A DNA stretch of 64,000 nt from Setoptus koraiensis (Eukaryota; Animalia; Arthropoda): positions 12,524,001-12,588,000 of the forward strand of contig CM106586.1 of the NCBI GenBank assembly GCA_048013815.1. Reading direction: 5' to 3'. Below, piece by piece: positions 21,201 through 31,900 of this stretch; position 1 is the stretch's first letter, and each line of letters starts with the position of its first letter. The notes beneath the pieces are model-generated. The model was not told where the DNA came from, did no database searches, and worked only from the letters and a program-made list of their open reading frames with translations. The translations under genes and the position numbers were made by a program.

Positions 21201-21827
21201 AAGAGCCTCCGCTTCCTCTCTCAAAGGTTCTAAGCGTTCCTCCAGGCTAGCCAATGAGCTATTGACAGCATCCATTCTGGTTGTGGCTTGATCTAGAATT
21301 GCTTGAATAGTGGTCTTGTGTTCCTCATAAACCCTGATGCCTGCAATATCCTTTAGTAGCTCCAATCTAGTTGCGGGTGTTGTGGTGGCCATTTGGCTGA
21401 TGCGTCCTTGCTTAACAATAAAATAGGGATTCAAGCGACTAATGCCAGCACTTTCGAACACACTAGTAAGCTCTTGTCTGGAGAGATGTTTCTTGTCCAG
21501 AAAGAATTCATCTTTTATGGTTCCGGTTCTTCGTTCTATAGAGACAGTGTCCTCGTTGACAGGAAATCTGCCATCGGTATTATCAAACAAAAGTTCCACT
21601 ATAGTGTCTTGGGTCCTCGACACACTGTCAGTTCTAATTTGATTTCGTTGCGCTTCTTTGAGCGGGTAATACTCATCGCTCATGACATACTCAACGCACT
21701 GAACAAGATTACTTTTGCCCGATCCGTTGTCACCGAAGAAAATGTTGAATTTCGGACTGAGACAATCGATGACGGTGAGTCGCTTGAACGACTTGAAGCT
21801 CTGCACTCTGATCGATTTGATGTGCAT
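18201..21827 (-). CDS. SMC3: Cohesin subunit SMC3, 1208 aa, intronless, divergent
   Basis: Walker A [20 protein letters not shown], hinge TLDGD..GEMTGGY, and [36 protein letters not shown] (SMC3-type signature). Confidence 0.93.
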   Translation of the reverse strand: [1208 protein letters not shown]

Positions 21828-22664
21828 GATTCGGCACTATGTCGCCTAGACGTTGCACTGGCTGCTATATTATGATGATGTCTCTAACAATGGCTCCAGA
21901 GCAAAATGTGCGCTGTGAACATTGAGAGAGAGTGACTGCAATAATTAAACGGGTATAAACAATAAAATGATTGAATTTATGAACAACAGTTATGCAATAC
22001 AATAAAAATTATAAATACAATAATTGTAATTGACTTGCTACAAACTAAGATTCGACATTTTGTACGGGTGCTGAAATTGTGCCCAAATGGTGCGTATGGC
22101 ACGCAACAGACAATGGTTTCCGTTTGGTGTCCACAAGTTCGTTGTTGCACTCACATTGCGCTAACCTATAATTGCCAGCAACAAGTTTTTCCCTCGCCCG
22201 TACCCCTTCGGCGCCGAACTGTCGCACGCGCGGTCGCACAGCAAGCGTGTAGCAGTCAAGTCGAGTGGCGCTGGTAAAAATGGCGACAAAAAAGTTCATT
22301 GTCTCATCTGGCTCGACACGAAAATGCTGTTACCATGCACGTTCACATAACGTCCCCAAGGCGCCACATCAGAGATCGAGCAACTTGAGACCAGACTTAG
22401 GGCTATGAGCAACATTTACAACGTTTATGCAGGCGCCACGGTGTGCGTCATAGCGAAGAAGCACGTACTTTTGTCTTAATGTTTTATCATAGAGCGGTAC
22501 TCTCGTAGACGAGTAACTATATATTGTACTGCACCGGCACAAACGCGGTCATTGCAATCGATCCAGAGCAACAGGTCAGTTCCAACGCAAAGAGACAAGC
22601 CAATTAACTTGATCGAAATCATAACTCATCAATCGGATATCCTTTGAACAGAGACTCGGAAAAA

Positions 22665-23021
22665 ATGACAGAACTAACAGCCGATCAACAAATTGCGAAA
22701 GAATATGAAGACTATCTGCGATGGACTTCCTACGCTCTCTCTTACATCAGACCGTTGCTAGTGGATGATCCGGACGAATTTGCCAGAAAACTGCCAGACT
22801 GTGTTTCTAATCTCTCAAATCTCGAAGAGGGCCGTCTGACCACATTGTATTCTGATCTTAGAGAACAGTTACTCAAAATTATGGACGAGTCACATAAAGT
22901 AGTCCGGAATTTCATAGCTGAGATCAATGTCTGTATGCCGAAATCGACTCAGATGACCAAATCGGAACGGATAGCACATCTGAAAGATCTAATCACTGCA
23001 TTGACTCAAGATTCTGACTGA
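22665..23021 (+). CDS. Small helical protein, 118 aa, weakly similar to C1orf109/AIRIM (CA109-like)
   Basis: WTSYAL..RPLL, VSNLSNLEE and LYSDLREQLLK resemble remembered C1orf109 WQSAL..QPLL, LSSLSNLAE and AFPDLKERLRRK. ATG in AAAAATG context. Confidence 0.45.
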   Translation: MTELTADQQIAKEYEDYLRWTSYALSYIRPLLVDDPDEFARKLPDCVSNLSNLEEGRLTTLYSDLREQLLKIMDESHKVVRNFIAEINVCMPKSTQMTKSERIAHLKDLITALTQDSD

Positions 23022-23124
23022 TACAGCATTTGGAAGGTCTGTGCTCTATTTATTCGATACTATACTATCTTTATTGTATGTTCAGTTTGAGGACAAATAA
23101 ATCTTAACAAAAACAGTTACAATC

Positions 23125-26053
23125 CTAGTCATCAAATGCCTGATTCTGGAAGGACGCCGCTGCTGGCCTGCCGTACTTAGGCACACCTGCGGTGCGTCTG
23201 TCCCCCAATCTCGACGACATCTCTCTGGCTTCTTCGGCGCTTTTCACTCTTTTCTTGGCACCCAATAGACGCATGACTAGATTTCCGATGATCACGATGG
23301 CAAATAACGACAAAGCAGCCATGAGGGCTCCCATAATTATAATCAACTTCGACTGTTCGGCTATTTTAAGTTTCATCTGATCACTGGTCAGCTCTTTGTC
23401 GTCCTGGAGTGGACTCTCAGTTGGTCCTTTTAACCTGCATTCAAAGTATTCATCGTTTTCCCAAACACATCTCAAGACTGGAATTTTCTCGACACATTTC
23501 GCCTTTATTGATTCGCAGATAAATTTACCTGCGCGTCCATCGTACAGAACCTCGCATGGATTTATATGTTCGCATTTTTCGCCGGAGTAACCCTGAGGAC
23601 AGTCGCATTGTGCTTGAGAAGTTCCAATCGCCTTGCAAACACCCTCATTTTGGCAGTAGTCTTTATCAATACAGGGATCGCCAATAGCCATTGATTTAAT
23701 AGTTAACGAATGGTTGCCATCTGATTTTTTGGCTTCGTCCGTTAAATTGTATCTGATCTTGACGCGGAATTCTTCATCCTTCAGACCCTCTACTGCGACT
23801 TTCAAATTTATATCATCTTTTTTCGTGTCTAGATCTTTTGGATTGGGATAAACATCATGCAGTGACCAGTTGAGACCGGCTTTTTGGACATCAATGCCAA
23901 CCGTCTTTATCCAATCCTCGTTTTTTGTGTTGAGATTGAATGTAACATTGTTTGCTTGGTCATTGCTTAGTTTAAGCCAGCGACTAACCAAATCAAAAGA
24001 GTCTTGCCCAGGCGCTATATTGGTAACATTGAGTTGTTTGTTGCCCGATGCCGACTGAGATCCACTAACACCAGCATCGTACAAAAGCAGTTCCCCCCCT
24101 TTGGCTTTCCAGTATTCTTGTAAATCGCTCTCGGAGATAGAATTCAAATTTGGCATAAATGAAAGGGTAGTCAATTGTTTTGAGAAAGAGACACCCGATT
24201 CAGGATGGAACTGAATACCGATAATATTGTTAGGTCCAACCTTAGGCTCTAGAAGAAGCTCTTTGTCGGCCGATTCGTCTCCTAAGTCTAATCTTGGCAG
24301 ATGGTCACTGACACAAATCTTGCGTCTTGTCCATTGTGGCTGGGGCGTTTTAGGAGGTGTTATCTCAGTTATTAACCGAATGTTAGCTTGGTTCTTTGCA
24401 TCAGTTGAGGTTTTTTGGGTTGCTTGCGTTGAGATCTGATTTGCTTGAGCATCAGAATCGGCCTGCTTTACTGTATCAGGACTAGATTTATCATCGTCGT
24501 TAGGTGGAGAAGATTCGAATTTAGCCGCAGTGGGTTGGGGTTCTGCTTTATCGTTCGCCGAGTTCTTCGATTCTGCAACTGTAGAAGCACTGTTACTACT
24601 AGCTTCTCTTTGTTGTTGTGATGCCGCTGATGTACCGGTATTTTTGGTGTGCTCTTTAGTTGAATGAGGATACCCAAATAGTAGTTTAGTGCCCTCTTCC
24701 ATGTAGATGTTGGCATCTAGACAAATGTCACGTGTCGCTAAATTATCCTTGGTAATCAGTTTTATCCTGAGTGGTTTGTCTCCATCATTAATCAAGTAGG
24801 TGTTGTCTTTCAAGAGCGAATTTTGAAGTATTGGCAAACCATTGACCATAGGACGAAATCTTTTGAGTTCGAACTTCTTTTTATCGCAATTTTTCGGGTC
24901 ACACCGAATCTTGAATAAATTGATTGGTTGCGATGGTTGCTTGCCGTTGTGCTGACCGTTGTTCTGATTCTCGTTCACATGCTGGTTGTTGTTCTGATCC
25001 TTGTTTTCATTGTCACCATGACTAGAACTACCGCCTTGAGCTTGATGATTGTTCTGGTTGGGGTTTTGGTTCCCGTTAGCATCGTGATTCTCGCTCTCGT
25101 GCTGATTGTTGTTTTGATCCTTGTTTTCATTGTCACCATGACCGGAACCTTCGCCTTGAGCTTGATGATTGTTCTGGTTGGGGTTTTGGTTCTCGTTCTC
25201 ATGTTGATTGCTATTTTGATCCTTGTTTTCATGGTTATTTTGGTTGTCACTATTGTTCTGCTGATTGTTCTGATCTTGATCATTGTTATTCTGGTTGTCA
25301 CCGGATTGTTCATTTGAATTATTATCGTCCGATCTTTTTTCGATCTTTGGCTCCGGTTGGTCAGCGTTGTTATTTGGATTTAACTCCTCAAGCGAGATGA
25401 ATTTCCAGGCGAAAATGTCACCCTTGTCGTGCAACAGTACGTCCACTGTGACATCATTTCGCTCTTTACAATTACTGGTGTCGATTGTTTGTGAAAATAC
25501 GTTCCATTTATGTTTCTCGAATGAGTTTCCGTTAGATCTCATGTCGTGCTTATTGGAGCACGGCACAAAACTCAAAACTGGTTCAATATTCTTGTGATGA
25601 TAGTAAAACTCTATGGTAACATTCACTTTGGCCCCCCTAGCAGCAACCTCTTTAGGTAAACGAGTGTCAATAAAATGGTGACGTCTCTCGCTGGCAGTGT
25701 AATAGGCAACTTCACCACGGGGCCAATGCTTGGTCACATGGGTCCAGCCAGATATAATGTACTTTTCGTTTTTTTCGTTAGCGTCGCTGCTGTCGACAGA
25801 AGCTGTTGTAGAGGTCTGCTCATTGGTTGCTGGGGTTGGTGCTGCTCGATCAATAATGGAACAATTCGGATGATGTAACACAAAGTTAGACTATTAATTT
25901 GCACCCTCTTTATCTAGATATATCAGCATTACAGGTGAACCATGACTTACCTGGCGCTTGTTGCCCGTTTTGTTGTTGATCTTCGGCGCCATTTATTGGC
26001 TTATTTTGGCACAAGATGGCCATCACAAGTATTATAGCGAACAAGAGACACAT
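23125..26053 (-). CDS. Type I membrane protein, ~939 aa: signal peptide, large ectodomain with N/Q/D-rich repeats, EGF-like repeats, TM, short tail; exons 26053-25951 and 25841-23125
   Basis: Signal MCLLFAIILVMAILC. CAG|GTAAGT donor and tandem GAG/CAG acceptor, both in frame. EGF CIDKDYCQNEGVC..CDCPQGYSGEKC. TM LIIIMGALMAALSLFAIVII. Tail ends FQNQAFDD. Confidence 0.85.
24975..25245 (-). repeat. Coding tandem repeat, 102- and 120-bp units (NKDQNxNQHE..NQNPNQNNHQAQG..HGDNE)
   Basis: About 2.5 copies, visible at both DNA and protein level. Confidence 0.85.
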
Positions 26054-29000
26054 TTTGCCCAAATTAGAATCTTGGTCTCTAGATCTATATGTTTTTTGTC
26101 TGTATGTGGTATTGAATGCGCTGTAGTGCCGGCGACTATTTCGCCTATCTTTAAGACACCTTTCATGAAGACCTCTCGGTCGAGCTCTCCCTAGAGGCTC
26201 CATGATGAATCTAGAGGGTGATATGGATAATAATTATGATTTCTTTCTTCTCTCTTGTGTCTGTGTAATTGTGTCTCAATATACTGTAGTTGGGAGTGAG
26301 GCAGTGGAGGCACTGAAAAATACGATGCGCCAGGCCAAAAAAAAGTGGCGACAATTTCTAGCCTTACAAACTACAGAATGAATTCATTAACACAACCAGT
26401 CACTCAATTATAGCCAATCTCAGATAATCGTATGAACTTGTCTCGTTGCTATAGATTAGTATTGTTGACTGCTGTTGCTCTATATCATATGAGTTATTTC
26501 ATTAGTGTATCATTGATTGGTTATTGAAACGATCGCTGGCCGTTTCTATGGCTTCGCTCGCTTATTCAAAATACTATTTAGTTTCGGCAATGCTGGTTAT
26601 TTGTTCGACACATTGCTTAGATCAATTTGATTTATCTGATCGCCAATAAGTGCAATGTGCTCATCTAAGGCCCCTCGCTCTGCCTTATTTCTCAACAATT
26701 ATGCTAGGCGCAACAATGCTATACACACGTATATTATCACAGTAATAATCTGCAACAGTAATAATAATAATTGCAACAATTTGCAACCAGAAGCTTCAAA
26801 AATCATGGACTCTTTTTGTGTGTTTGTTCAAGATGTTGTTATGTATATATAATTGTCATGGCGACTTACGATGATACCTAATCAATATCGGCACTATTTA
26901 CAACAAGTAGCAACAAGCATAATGATCGATAACAATGCTCAATCGCCCGTTTAGATTTGTATCTGTAGATTGGCAATATGTATCAGCAGCAACTTGAGTA
27001 TTAGTCAGCGTTGTTGTAAATCAGAAGCCAATCAAATTTTAGTATTTTGGCTGTTTGTCTCTAATTAGCTCCTCGCGTTGTTCACATCGGCCAACTGATA
27101 GCGGTTACAGTCAAACAAATTGCACGCTGATCTGGATAAGATAAACTGACAATGCAATTTTTGCGAACTGATGTGGTGACTAATTTCACACAATAAACAC
27201 TGCCATATATTAGCTCTGTAAGCCGTGAGTGGCATTGTTTTCATCGAGCCAACTTTATGCTAAGTTAGGCCGTATACGTTTGCTGACAATCTAATCATGG
27301 CAAGGTTTAACCATTGACATTATCGCGCTAGCTGCCACCACCACCAAAGGCTACCTCCCAGCAATGGCAACAACCAGTGGTAGTAGTTTCATTGATGAGC
27401 TTATCAAAGGATTACATCAATAATGACGCTGATTAAATGATCGCAGGCCCAAGATGGCGACCAAGCGGACGGCTGCCACTGGCGCAATAGCAATTCAATT
27501 CTGGCAGCATCTTAAACCTTGACGTGGGCCCCCAACAACAACAACAACGACAACAACGACAACAACGATAGCACCGCCGACAACGGTGGCAAGAAAAAGC
27601 TGGCAATAGTCGCCAGCAAGCCAGCAACAACAACAATGAACAATCGGAGACAGACGCAGAGGCCGACAAAAGAATCCCCGCAAAGTTCGAGTGGATGGTG
27701 CCATGATGATACTTTTGCTAAGCTCGACAGGATTAACCGCTGCATACACGCTGATCAATGATCGCTCAATTCAATTCAATTTAACTCGACGACACAATGT
27801 GTGTCGTTATCTGCGTTGCACACTGCAAATATGGCTGGCAAGCTTGCAAATTGAATCATGCAAACAAACAAACAAACACACAGAGGCACACACAACAAGC
27901 GAGTTTGCAATTAATTGATTGCATTCATAAATGGTCTAATTAGTCAACTGACTAACATGTGGCGGCCATGCGTTTCGCCACCATCGCCACTTGTTGGTGT
28001 GCCACTGTCGACAGTCGAGCCAGCGTTGGCAGCAAGCCGTCGTAAATGAACGTAAACAAACGTAAACAAATGCTCGGGCAGGCTGATTAATTGATTGTCG
28101 ATCGAGCCAACAATCACACAACTGTCAGAGCTTGCTCGTTACCTGGTCGTATCGCGGGCGCAAATATACAAACGCAGCCAGTTGGTCGGCGGGATATCTG
28201 TCGCGCGTTGACATGTAAACACCGGGCGATCGTCTCTCATTAATGGCACACCAATTATCAATCTTGTCCTGTTTCGAAATTCCCAACCTGTGTGCGCCAC
28301 GTATGGAGCAACAGCGACAGAACAGGATGCATTTTTACGATAATGCCTATACATAATTACGCTAATATTAGTTATGTTGCATGCTTTATTTGGGTTTTCT
28401 CTGTTATCAGCTCGCTTGTGTGTGCCAACGTCGCAAAAAAATCCAGTGCCGGATTTATTGTAGCGACTGAAGAAGCTTGTTTGTTCACTCCGACGAGACG
28501 AAACGAAACGCAACGCGACTAAACGAAAGTGAATTTTTGCGACAGCCTCACAAGATGCTCGCCAGCATCCTCTTCCTAAAAACATATTTGCCTCTTGGTT
28601 TTGTGTTTCAAAGTTTCAACTGTTCACCAAATTCCACCACTGAGAGTGGCACAAGTCATTGATTTCGTCATTTTCTTCATTGAAATTATTTACAATAAAA
28701 AAACTCAATCGCTTGTTTGTCTGCTTTTTGCGCACAACCAAATACACAAACTATCCTGTGTGAACATCATGAAACTCAAATTAATAAAGCGAAAGCTCAT
28801 TAGCTTGCCGGCGTGCGAACGCAACATTCATTAGCTTGTTTCAGCTGCGACTAACTAATTATTCTGACCTGAGCCAATGTTTACTCTGTCGTTGTTTTGT
28901 TTGTTTGTTGTGCATCTCTCGCATTTCTTGATGTAGCAACGAAATCTTGATGTATCACTAGCAAATTCGTTAATATTCCATACTCTAGACTCGTAACAAG

Positions 29001-29499
29001 TAAAAGAGTGTTTGCGTAAACAACACACCAACACCACCTACGCACGCTCTATGATTGATCAGTTGCTATTATCGCGCTCCGCAATCAATTGACTAACTTA
29101 ATTGCCAATATATCAGCTGATAAATGAAACCAAAGTGTTGACTGTTGACAGCAACTATTTGGGCAAGACCAGGCACCAAGGAGTTAATCTGTGAAGAGGG
29201 GGAGACAAATCAGCAATAACGTTTGTCATTATGCAATGGTGTGTCGCTGAGCAAATTCCAGAAGACTCTATATAAATAAATATAATAAAACTCTATTGGT
29301 GCTGGCGGATTTGTCCGGTCATTATTGTTGTCGCTATTGGGTAATTTGCGTTGTCAATTGGCGTGTCAGTTTTGCACTTGCCGATCCCATTATCACTATT
29401 CACATTATTAACATTATTAACTACCTTTTGACGCGACGGAAAATAGAAATGCAAAAAGCAGATAGAAAAGCTCGCTGCCGCCGGAGCCCGAGAGATGTC

Positions 29500-29560
29500 G
29501 CCCGCGAGCCCTCGCGAGATCATCTCACCGGAAGTGGCCTCGCGACGCCAAGGTCGCCGT
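29500..29560. promoter_or_regulatory. CpG-rich promoter-like segment with TCGCGA motifs and ETS-type CACCGGAAGTGGC (29526-29538)
   Basis: Motifs read directly. Promoter function is inferred. Confidence 0.3.
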
Positions 29561-30027
29561 CGACAAGTGTTAGTTGTTGTGATGATGGATACGGTTGCTA
29601 TTCATCATCGTGGATGCATCGCGGTTGCCTAGTCACCAGAGAGATTTATTGTTATCATCAGTGTCTAAAGATTTTGATTGGCGCCAATGAAAGGCCCTGC
29701 AATCTGTTTGCCTCAAGTGGCTCTCGATGCTTGCGCGCCTGATCCGACCGACGAGTCGTCATTCAAATGCCGTAATAACTCCTCATTATGGTCGTGATTG
29801 TTATTGGTTGGAATTGATGTTGTTGTTGTTGTTGTTGTTGTTGTTACCGAGGCGTTGTTGTCAAGTGTGGATGCATTATGACGCTCGCTGAACTTGAGGC
29901 GATTCTCGGGAAATCATAACGAGACAATTGGTCTGACGACGGCTTCTTGCAACAAGTTTACGCACTTGTTATCACTCATCGCGAGGCACTTGAGCTCGTG
30001 ATATTTCGCTTGCGAGGAAACTTGCAT

Positions 30028-30078
30028 GTCGGGTAAGTTCTGTCTTGTCGGGTGAGTTCTGTTTTGTCAGGTGAGTCG
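30028..30078 (+). repeat. 19-bp tandem triplication, each unit carrying a 5' splice-site consensus (GTAAGT, GTGAGT, GTGAGT)
   Basis: gtcggGTAAGTtctgtctt / gtcggGTGAGTtctgtttt / gtcagGTGAGTcg. Confidence 0.7.
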
Positions 30079-30435
30079 TTCGCAGAAATTGTAAAACTGT
30101 TCGCTCAGGTGATGTGTTGTTTGTTTGTGTCTTGTGTGTGTCTCGTGTGCAACAAGTGGCGAGGCCACAAGCAGTCACTTGAGTCACCTGTCAAGTTGAG
30201 TGAGAGTGCCGCACAAGCGCAATTATTGATTCAGTCCGATTGTTGTAAACGTTTATGACAGCCGCTTATACAAAGTTGTTATGCAAACTTTTCACCAACA
30301 ACAACCCAGACAAGGACCCAATTGAAGACACTCGCTCCCGTGCGCGTCACTCGCATCTCGCTCCCGGTGGCTTTATCAGTGGCTCACAGTGGTGGCTGTG
30401 AGTGGCTTTATCTGCTCACCTGATCCGAGCTGCAG

Positions 30436-30470
30436 GTTCACGGTCGCCACCGGAAGTGGCGACCGTGAAC
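30436..30470. other. Perfect 15-bp inverted repeat with 5-nt loop (GTTCACGGTCGCCAC CGGAA GTGGCGACCGTGAAC)
   Basis: Reverse complement checked. Confidence 0.85.
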
Positions 30471-31772
30471 TCCGACCACGAGTGAGGTGCGCAACAGGAC
30501 AGAGCATGGGCGACACAGCAAACAACGACAGACAGAGATTAATAGCGACTGTCGATTTAATTGGAGTTGACGACGCCGACGCTAATTGTGCTTGAGATGC
30601 TATTTATGTAACACGATGATACGCTGCTGGCCACCCGTTGACGTAATTGCTGCGCCTGACAAGCTCAAGCAAACCTGTTGACGGTCGAGAGTCGACTGAG
30701 TGTGTGTGTGTGTTTTGCAATTCCACTTTTACCTGTATGCCGCTTTCAATATTTAAACTTGCCAGTGAAACTGCAAGTTGCGACACGACAACAACAACAA
30801 CACACACGACAAAGGGTTGCTGTCCAATGTCACCCACAGTATCTAATAATTGGCATACATAATATCGGCTGCAAATTCGCCAGAGGCAACAGTTGCCTGG
30901 CGGCAACTATTACATTGTTTGTCAGCGTGAGCACACTTGAGTTGTTTCACTAATTATGCCAGACGCTTAATAGTTTACAATGGTTGTTGGCGCGGTTGCT
31001 GTTGCTGCTGTCGTTGCGCCACCACAACTGACACAGCTAAAATTAGACGTGGCTCACTCTGTCGGGCCGAGCTCTCTCATCCGATCCGCCGACTGGCTAA
31101 ACAAACAAACGAGCCAGCCAGAGAGCGAGCAAATGAGCGCGTGAAAACAGCACAACAATCTTTGCACTAATATAAATATATTATTAGCCAGCGTATATAT
31201 TATTGTCAGGGGCCGTCTAGACGCCGCGCGCGACCGCCTATCCGGGGCTGTCTACCCGGCGGTTATCTATCCAGCGGCAAGCTGGATTCAGCGAGTTTTG
31301 CAGCTCACTCGCAGCCTTATACGACTGGTATTATGCAGCCCGAGTGAATGGGCGCGAGAGCACCTCAGACTGTCTCAGTCAGACATCTTCTTCTTCTTGT
31401 TGGTAGGATCATTGATTGTTCAATCAACTCGAGACACTCACAACATCTACGGGTGGGCTGGCTTTGTGTCATTGGGCGAGCTCTTGGCAAGACAGTTGCA
31501 ATGCTGTCGACGGTGGCGGCACCACTAGGCACCGCAACTGGTGCTTGCTGTTGTCCACCATTGCTCGTCAGACGACAGTGAGGTAATTCCAGTCAGTTAG
31601 TGTCAGTCGCTGATCCTGCACTGATACTAATAATCCGCTGGCAATCGCACAGGTTATTGTGAACACACACACACACACACACATATACATTATCCTAATT
31701 ATTAGACAGAATTTGTCTGACAGTCTGTAGTCGGGGGGAGAGAGAGTGGTTCAACTTGCCCGAAATAAACAC

Positions 31773-31900
31773 AACAGAAAATAAACAAGACAGAGAATGA
31801 GCAAGACGGAGAATGAGCAAGACGGAGAATGAGCGAGACAGAGAATAAACGAGTCAGAGAATAAACAAGTCAGAGAATAAACGAGACAGAGAATAAACAA
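31773..31900. repeat. 16-bp minisatellite x8 (consensus GACAGAGAATAAACAA)
   Basis: Units counted directly. Confidence 0.9.

Noticed and set aside
27433-27761. Overlapping short ORFs around an AAC/GAC run
   Set aside because: Low-complexity, open on both strands, no homology or convincing splice context.
30436-30490. Helitron 3' end (hairpin plus CTRR)
   Set aside because: No CTRR at the expected distance after the hairpin and no Rep/helicase ORF.
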